The notes under the pieces were generated by a model that was given only the letters and a program-made list of their open reading frames with translations, was not told where the DNA came from and made no database searches. A stretch of 64,000 bases of DNA from an uncultured Candidatus Rokubacteria bacterium (GTDB taxonomy: Bacteria > Methylomirabilota > Methylomirabilia > Rokubacteriales > CSP1-6): the NCBI GenBank assembly GCA_963771355.1, contig CAVYTA010000006.1, positions 1,856,001-1,920,000 on the forward strand, written 5' to 3'. A program made the position numbers and the translations under genes. Of this stretch, positions 58,036-64,000 are shown one piece after another (position 1 is the first letter of the stretch; every line of letters starts with the position of its first letter).

Positions 58036-58064
58036 TTGACAAGGGCGCGGGTGGTCGCTAGTAT
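58036..58064 (+). promoter_or_regulatory. Sigma70 promoter of the peptide ABC-MlrC operon
   Basis: TTGACA-17bp-TAGTAT; a divergent TTGACA-18-CATAAT lies at ~57905-57934 on the minus strand. Confidence 0.65.
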
Positions 58065-58120
58065 GTGGCACTCTCGTGAACCCGCACCAATTCGTGCGCC
58101 CGTCGAAGAAGGAGGATGCC

Positions 58121-59659
58121 ATGGGTCGTCCCGCCGCCGTCGTTCTTGCCCTCATGCTCGTGCTCGGGTTGGCGCTGTCCGGCCCCGTGCACGCGCAGAC
58201 CAAGGAAGACACCATCGTCTACTCGCTCCAGTCCGACGTCGACTCGTGGGATCCGCCCGCCTCCGTGCTCCGCGAGGCGATCATCCTCGGCTACCACGCC
58301 TTCGACCATCTGGCCACGCGCGATCTCAAGACGCGGCGGGTGGGGCCGAACCTCGCCACCTCGTGGCGGAACATCGACGACACCACCTGGGAAGTGAAGC
58401 TGCGCCAGGGCGTGAAGTTCCACGACGGCACCCCCTTCACCGCCAAGGACGTCAAGGCCACCTTCGACCGCGTGCTCGACCCCGCCAAGAAGATGACCGC
58501 GCGCGGCAACCACGCCAAGATCAAGAGCGTGGAGGTAATGGACGACTCCACGGTGCGCTTCAAGACCGACGGGCCCTATCCCCTCTTCGTGGAGCGCCTC
58601 ACCGCGCAGGTGATGCAGTCCGAGAAGGCGATGCGCGAGAAGGGCGACCAGTGGATGGGCGAGAACCCGGTAGGCACCGGGCCCTACAAGCTGGTGAAGT
58701 GGAACCGGAAGCAGGACCATCTCCTCGTCCGCAACGACGACTACTGGGGTCCCAAGCCCTACTACAAGTACCTCCGCATCCGGATCATCCCCGAGAAGGC
58801 CACCGAGATCGCCGAGCTGCTCTCCGGCGGCGTGGACCTGATCAAGGCGGTGCCGCCGGACCAGATGGACGTTATCGACAAGTCGGGCGGGGCGCGGACC
58901 GCCTCCTCGCCGATTCTGCGCACCGCCATGCTCCAGCTCGACCAGGCGGCGCGGGGCGGGCCGAATCCCTTCACGGACCGGAAGGTCCGCCAGGCCGCCA
59001 ACCTCGCCGCCGACCACGACGGCATCATCAAGCATGTGCTCAACGGGCTGGGCGATCGCGTGGCCACCGGGATCAATCCCATGGCCTTCGGCTGGGACCC
59101 GAACCTCAAGCCCTACAAGCAAGACCTCGCCGCGGCCAAGAAGCTCCTCGCCGAGGCCGGGTATCCCAACGGCGTGGACATCGTCTTCCACGAGGGCCCG
59201 CCCATCGTGGAGCCCGCCATCCAGCAGACCAACGACGCCATCGTGGCGGACATGGCCAAGGCCGGCTTCCGCGTGAAGCGGGTCTACATCGGCGACAATA
59301 CCGTCCTGGTGGCCCGTATCAAGGAAGGCAAGGGCGGCCCCATGTTCAACTGGTCGTGGGGCTACTACTCGGTGTTCGACGCCGACGCCATCCTCTACGA
59401 CGTCTTCAAGTGCGGCGAGTCGTACAGCTACTACTGCAACAAGGAGCTGGACGACCTCATCGCCACCGGCCGCAACTCGCTGGACGCCAAGAAGCGGGCG
59501 GAGATCTACGTGAAGGCCCAGAAGCTCCTCTACGACGACGCCGCCTACCTCTACAAGTGGGGGCTGCGGGGCGTATGGGGCATCAGTAATCGCATCGACT
59601 ACACGGCGCCGGCGGACGAGGTCGACCGCCTCTTCCTCGCCACCCCGCGGAAGAAGTAG
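58121..59659 (+). CDS. Peptide ABC substrate-binding protein (family 5)
   Basis: AAGGAGG RBS, signal peptide, LRQGVKFHDGTPFTA.DV, PVGTGPY, AKKLLAEAGY. Confidence 0.92.
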   Translation: MGRPAAVVLALMLVLGLALSGPVHAQTKEDTIVYSLQSDVDSWDPPASVLREAIILGYHAFDHLATRDLKTRRVGPNLATSWRNIDDTTWEVKLRQGVKFHDGTPFTAKDVKATFDRVLDPAKKMTARGNHAKIKSVEVMDDSTVRFKTDGPYPLFVERLTAQVMQSEKAMREKGDQWMGENPVGTGPYKLVKWNRKQDHLLVRNDDYWGPKPYYKYLRIRIIPEKATEIAELLSGGVDLIKAVPPDQMDVIDKSGGARTASSPILRTAMLQLDQAARGGPNPFTDRKVRQAANLAADHDGIIKHVLNGLGDRVATGINPMAFGWDPNLKPYKQDLAAAKKLLAEAGYPNGVDIVFHEGPPIVEPAIQQTNDAIVADMAKAGFRVKRVYIGDNTVLVARIKEGKGGPMFNWSWGYYSVFDADAILYDVFKCGESYSYYCNKELDDLIATGRNSLDAKKRAEIYVKAQKLLYDDAAYLYKWGLRGVWGISNRIDYTAPADEVDRLFLATPRKK

Positions 59660-59673
59660 GGCCGGCTCCGGAC

Positions 59674-59725
59674 CCGGTCCGGCCGCCGGCCTCCCGCTCC
59701 ATCGGAGGCGGGCGGCCGGACCGGC
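59674..59725 (+). terminator. Long GC-rich stem-loop between SBP and permease (stabiliser/attenuator)
   Basis: ccggtccggccgcc...ggcggccggaccgg inverted repeat. Confidence 0.55.
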
Positions 59726-59743
59726 GGCGTCTGCCCGTACCCG

Positions 59744-60664
59744 ATGCGTCGGTACATCGCGCGCCAGATCGTGCAGCTGGTGGTCGTGGTCATCGGCGTC
59801 TCCATCCTCTCGTTCTGTATCCTCCACGTCATCGGTGATCCCGTCCTGCTCCTCCTGCCCCAAAACGCCGGCAAGGAGGAATTCGAGCGCTACCGGCACC
59901 TCTTCGGGCTGGACCGGCCGCTCTACGTGCAGTACTGGTCCTTCGCCAGCCGCGCCGTCCAAGGCGATTTCGGCCAGTCCTGGTACGGTAACGCTCCCGC
60001 CTTCCAACTCGTGATCGAGCGCATGCCGTACACCATCTACCTCACCCTCGCCGGGTTCGCGGTGACCCTTGCAATCTCGCTGCCGCTGGGCGTCCTCGCC
60101 GCGCTGAAGCGCCACTCCTTGGTAGACACGCTGTGCACCATGGTCGCCACCGCCGGTCAGGCGTTGCCGCTCTTCTGGCTCGGCATCATGCTCATCATCA
60201 TCTTCTCCGTGCGGCTGAGGCTCCTCCCCGCCTCCGGCTACGGCACCTGGCAGCACTTCCTCATGCCATCCCTTTGCCTGGGCATCGCCATCGCCCCCAT
60301 CACCATGCGGCTCGTCCGCTCGGGCATGATCGAGGTGCTCAGCATGGACTACATCAAGACGGCGCGGTCCAAGGGCATGACGGAGCGCCGGGTGGTGTGG
60401 AAGCACGCCTTCCGCAATGCCTGCATTCCCGTGATCACGGTGCTCGGCCTCCAGTTCGGTCAGCTCCTGGGCGGGGCCATCATCACCGAGACGGTCTTCG
60501 CCTGGCCCGGCGTGGCCACGCTGACGGTGGACTCCATCCGGAATCAGGACTTCCCGGTGGTGCAATGCGCGGTGGTGCTCCTCGCCCTCATCATCGTGGT
60601 GGTGAATCTGATCGTAGACGTCGTGGTGGGCTTCATCGACCCTCGCGTGCGGACGGGCGCATGA
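59744..60664 (+). CDS. dppB: Peptide ABC permease (DppB)
   Basis: GDP, GDFGQS, DYIKTARSKG, HAFRNA, DPRVR. Confidence 0.93.
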   Translation: MRRYIARQIVQLVVVVIGVSILSFCILHVIGDPVLLLLPQNAGKEEFERYRHLFGLDRPLYVQYWSFASRAVQGDFGQSWYGNAPAFQLVIERMPYTIYLTLAGFAVTLAISLPLGVLAALKRHSLVDTLCTMVATAGQALPLFWLGIMLIIIFSVRLRLLPASGYGTWQHFLMPSLCLGIAIAPITMRLVRSGMIEVLSMDYIKTARSKGMTERRVVWKHAFRNACIPVITVLGLQFGQLLGGAIITETVFAWPGVATLTVDSIRNQDFPVVQCAVVLLALIIVVVNLIVDVVVGFIDPRVRTGA

Positions 60665-61581
60665 GCGCGGTGGGTGCTCCCACCGGCGTGGCCCTCGAGG
60701 CCGCCCGCCCAGCGCCCGCGACCGGGCCGCCCGTCGGGATGTGGCGGCGGCGGATCATCCGGCTCAAGTGGGGCGTCGGCGCGGCGCTCGTGCTGCTCGT
60801 GGTCATTCTCAGCGCGCTGCTGGCTCCCTGGATCTCGCCCCACGATCCGCTGGCGGTGGACATCCGGCACCGGCTCGCGCCCCCGGTCTGGATGGCGGGC
60901 GGGACGCCCGAACACCCCCTGGGGACCGACCAGGTGGGCCGCGACTTGCTCTCACGCGTGATCTATGGCGGCCGCGTCTCACTCATCGTGGGAGTGAGTG
61001 CCGTCCTGCTGTCTTCCTCCGTCGGCATGCTCCTCGGGCTCGCCGCGGGCTATTTCGGGGGACGGCTGGACTGGACCGTCATGACCGTGGTCAACGTGGT
61101 CCTCACCTTTCCCTTCGTCCTCCTCGCGCTCGCCGTCATCGCGGTGCTGGGACCGAGCCTGCCCAACATGATCGCGGTGCTGGCCGTGGCGGGCTGGCCG
61201 ATCTACACTCGCGTGATCCGCGCGGAGACCATCGGGCTGAAGGAGCGGGAGTTCGTGACCGCGGGCCGCGCACTGGGCATGAGCCACCTCCGCATCATAT
61301 TCCGCCAGATCATGCCCAACCTCGTATCCGCGGGCGTGGTGATTGGAACCCTGCAGGTGGCCCAGGTCATCGTGCTCGAGTCTTTCCTCTCGTTTCTCGG
61401 ACTCGGTGTCCAGCCGCCCATTCCCGCCTGGGGCAATATGCTCGGCGAGGGGCGCGTCTACATGCTCAACTCGTGGTGGATCGCCGCCTTCCCCGGCGCG
61501 GCCATCTTCGTCACCACCCTCGTGATCAACCTGATGGGGAATGCGCTGCGCGACTGGCTGGACCCGCATATCAATCTCTGA
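60661..61581 (+). CDS. dppC: Peptide ABC permease (DppC)
   Basis: HPLGTDQVGRD, EFVTAGRALG, SFLGLG..PP.PAWG. Confidence 0.93.
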   Translation: MSAVGAPTGVALEAARPAPATGPPVGMWRRRIIRLKWGVGAALVLLVVILSALLAPWISPHDPLAVDIRHRLAPPVWMAGGTPEHPLGTDQVGRDLLSRVIYGGRVSLIVGVSAVLLSSSVGMLLGLAAGYFGGRLDWTVMTVVNVVLTFPFVLLALAVIAVLGPSLPNMIAVLAVAGWPIYTRVIRAETIGLKEREFVTAGRALGMSHLRIIFRQIMPNLVSAGVVIGTLQVAQVIVLESFLSFLGLGVQPPIPAWGNMLGEGRVYMLNSWWIAAFPGAAIFVTTLVINLMGNALRDWLDPHINL

Positions 61582-61590
61582 GGAGAGGCC

Positions 61591-63069
61591 GTGAAACTGT
61601 TCCTCGCCATGATGTCCCACGAGACCAACACCTTCAGCAACGTTCCCACCGACCGGGGGCAGTTCGAGGCGCGTAACCTCCACTACGGCGGCGAGATCCT
61701 CGAGACGTTCCGCGGCACCGGCACCTGCCTGGGCGGCATGATCGACGCCGCCGAGCGTCTCGGCGCGAGGCTGGTGCCCTCGGTGGCCGCGGCCGCCTCC
61801 CCGGCCGGGCCGGTCACCAAGGACATCTACGGGCACGTGAAGGAGCGCATGCTGGCCGACCTGCGGGCGGCGGGCCGTCTCGACGGCGTGCTTCTCGATC
61901 TCCACGGCGCCATGGTCACCGAGGGCCACGACGACGGCGAGGGCGATCTCATCCAGGCGGTGCGCGCGGTCGTGGGACCGGCGGTGCCCATCGCGGTGAC
62001 CCTGGACTTCCACGGCAATCTCTCCGAGGACATGGTGCGCGGCGCCGATCTCCTTCACGGCTACAAGACCTACCCGCACGTGGACATGGCCGAGCGCGGC
62101 ATGGAGGCCACCGCGAGGCTCCTGGAGGTCATCGCGGGGCGCCTGCGCCCCACCGCCGCCCTGCGCACGCCGCCGCTGCTGCCGCCCCTGGGCAATCAGG
62201 GCACCGCGCGTGGGCCCATGCGGCGCCTCTACGATCTCGCCGAGGCGATGGAGAAAGATCCCAAGGTAATCTCGGTGTCCATCTTCGCGGGCTTCCCCCA
62301 TGCGGACATCCCGCAGGCGGGGCTCAGCGTGTACGTGGTGACGGACGGCGACCAGGCCCTGGCCGACCGCCTCGCCGATGAGCTCGCGCAGGTCGCGTGG
62401 ACCCATCGCCACGAGTTCATCCACCAGGGCCTGCCGGTTTCCGAGGCGGTGGCGAAAGCGCTCGCGGCGGAGGGCCGGCCCATCATCCTCGCCGACATGG
62501 CCGACAATACCGGCGGCGGCGCGGCCGGCGACGGCACCGAGATCCTCCGCGAGCTGCTCCGCGTGGGCGCGCGGTCGGCGGTGGTCGCCTGCCTCTGGGA
62601 CCCCGCCGCGGTGCGCGAGTGCGCGAAGGCCGGGGTGGGCGCCAGCGTCACCCTGGACGTCGGCGGCAAGGTGGACGCCCGCCACGGCGCACCGCTGCGG
62701 GTGACCGGGACGGTGCGCACGCTGTCCGACGGGCGCTTCGTCCACAAGGGGCCCATGGCCCGCGGCCTCCCGGGCCGGCTGGGGACCACCGCGGTGCTCG
62801 ACGTGAGCGACGTCAAGGTCGTCCTCATCTCGCACCGCTGGCAGACGCTCGATCCGGAGATGCTCCGCTTCGTCGGCCTCGATCCCCTCGAGCACAAGGT
62901 ACTGGTGGTCAAGTCGACCATCCACTACCGCGCCGCCTTCGAGCCCATCGCCCGCGAGATCGTCGAGGTGGACGCCCCCGGGCTGTCCTCGTCCAATCTC
63001 GCGCGCTTCGACTTCAAGCGGATCCGCCGGCCCATCTTCCCCCTCGACCCGGACACCGCGTACCCCTGA
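61591..63069 (+). CDS. M81 family metallopeptidase (MlrC-like)
   Basis: HETNTF, LDLHGAM, DGEG, LDFHGN, YKTYPHVD, DNTGGG, VKSTIHYRA. Confidence 0.9.
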   Translation: MKLFLAMMSHETNTFSNVPTDRGQFEARNLHYGGEILETFRGTGTCLGGMIDAAERLGARLVPSVAAAASPAGPVTKDIYGHVKERMLADLRAAGRLDGVLLDLHGAMVTEGHDDGEGDLIQAVRAVVGPAVPIAVTLDFHGNLSEDMVRGADLLHGYKTYPHVDMAERGMEATARLLEVIAGRLRPTAALRTPPLLPPLGNQGTARGPMRRLYDLAEAMEKDPKVISVSIFAGFPHADIPQAGLSVYVVTDGDQALADRLADELAQVAWTHRHEFIHQGLPVSEAVAKALAAEGRPIILADMADNTGGGAAGDGTEILRELLRVGARSAVVACLWDPAAVRECAKAGVGASVTLDVGGKVDARHGAPLRVTGTVRTLSDGRFVHKGPMARGLPGRLGTTAVLDVSDVKVVLISHRWQTLDPEMLRFVGLDPLEHKVLVVKSTIHYRAAFEPIAREIVEVDAPGLSSSNLARFDFKRIRRPIFPLDPDTAYP

Positions 63070-63090
63070 TCCGCGGCAAGGAGACTCAGC

Positions 63091-63720
63091 ATGCCGTTCC
63101 CCGGCTTCATCACCGCTGACTTCAAGGTCTTCGACGTGGACGGCTTCGCGCCGCGGATGGCGGCGATCCGGAGCCGCCTCCGGCCCAAGCTCGAGGCGGC
63201 CGGCCGCGACCTCCTGCCCGACGTGACGCGCATCGGCGGGGCGGAGGCCTTTGCGCATGTGGCCAAGCACATGCGCCGCACCGTGAACCCGCCCGACGAT
63301 ACGTGGGTGGCCTTCGCCGCCGACAAGCGCGGCTACAAGAAGCACTGCCACTTCAAGGTCGCGATCTCGCGGGGGGCGGTGCGCTTCCTCTTCGAGGCCG
63401 GACCCGAGCACGCGCAGAAGAAGAAGTGGATCGCGGCCTGGAAGCGCCACGCGCCCAAGCTGGCGCCCCTGTTTCGGCGCGCCAAGGGTCTGGCCTGGTT
63501 CAAGAACGAGCACGATGAGACGCCCACCGCCTTCCTCGCCGATCTCTCCCTGGACGAGGTGACGCATCTGGTCGACGAGCTCACCCGCACGCGCAACGGC
63601 CAGCTCGTCCTGGGCCGAGTGGTCTCCGCCGAGGACGCCGCGCGCTGGAAGCCCGCCGACTACGCGCGAGCGGCGCGGGAGACGTTTCATGTCCTCGCGC
63701 CACTGTATAGACTGCGGTAG
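63091..63720 (+). CDS. DUF1054/YktB-like protein
   Basis: GF...DF.VF, HVAKH.RRTVNPP.DTWVAF, RGYKK. Confidence 0.8.
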   Translation: MPFPGFITADFKVFDVDGFAPRMAAIRSRLRPKLEAAGRDLLPDVTRIGGAEAFAHVAKHMRRTVNPPDDTWVAFAADKRGYKKHCHFKVAISRGAVRFLFEAGPEHAQKKKWIAAWKRHAPKLAPLFRRAKGLAWFKNEHDETPTAFLADLSLDEVTHLVDELTRTRNGQLVLGRVVSAEDAARWKPADYARAARETFHVLAPLYRLR

Positions 63721-63745
63721 GTGGGCACTCGACGCGGCGATTTAC

Positions 63746-63847
63746 CATCAGCGGGGGCCTCGACATGGCCCCCGCCATGCCTTCTCTTCGCCCGAGTCCC
63801 CGGAACTGTCTGTTTTTCATCAGCGGGGGCCTAGACATGGCCCCCGC
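63746..63847. repeat. Two 30-bp palindromic REP-like direct repeats, 72-bp period
   Basis: catcagcgggggcct(c/a)gacatggcccccgc at 63746-63775 and 63818-63847; stem gcgggggcc/ggcccccgc. Confidence 0.8.
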
Positions 63848-63907
63848 TCTCCCCCAGTCCGGGAACAACCTTCTGGGGACTCTCGCATCCGGTCCGGCGC
63901 TCGCTTC

Positions 63908-64000
63908 GTGAACGCCCAGACGTGCATCTTCGACATGGATGGTGTTCTCGTCGATAGCGGGGTGTGGCATCGGGCGGCGTGGGCGGCGCTGCTGGAAGAG
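63908..64000 (+). CDS. HAD family phosphatase, 5' part (runs off window)
   Basis: GTG start, CIFDMDGVLVDS...H..AW (DxDG motif). Confidence 0.8.
   Translation, partial: MNAQTCIFDMDGVLVDSGVWHRAAWAALLEE

Noticed and set aside
61591..63069. Microcystin degradation (mlr) cluster
   Set aside because: MlrC-like proteins are widespread; mlrA, mlrB and mlrD are not present
63746..63847. CRISPR array
   Set aside because: Only two repeats, similar flanking 'spacers' and no cas genes; treated as a REP-like doublet

Overview
High-GC, gene-dense chromosomal region of a diderm bacterium (BamD present). The gene repertoire and short palindromic repeats tentatively suggest Ca. Rokubacteria/Methylomirabilota, which is inference only. 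Most genes are housekeeping or transport: Lys/Thr/Arg/folate biosynthesis (alaC-like, hom, lysC, argH, lysA, dapA, dapB, folB, folK), sugar, TAXI-TRAP and two peptide ABC transporters, comEA-comEC, mltG, two ECF sigma/anti-sigma modules and a surface-polysaccharide cluster with a broken O-antigen ligase. Three features stand out. (1) A stand-alone, divergent RNA polymerase alpha gene lies outside the rpsM-rpsK-rpsD-rpoA-rplQ operon, has its own promoter and terminator, and lacks a conserved NTD loop, so it is a candidate second, specialised alpha subunit. (2) An orphan PilB/GspE ATPase is fused to a degenerate sugar-nucleotidyltransferase domain. (3) Three tiny membrane-protein ORFs form a translationally coupled micro-operon. 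Also seen are many apparently leaderless promoters, two probable CTG starts and several REP/MITE-like repeats. No rRNA, tRNA, CRISPR array, transposase or integrase was recognised.
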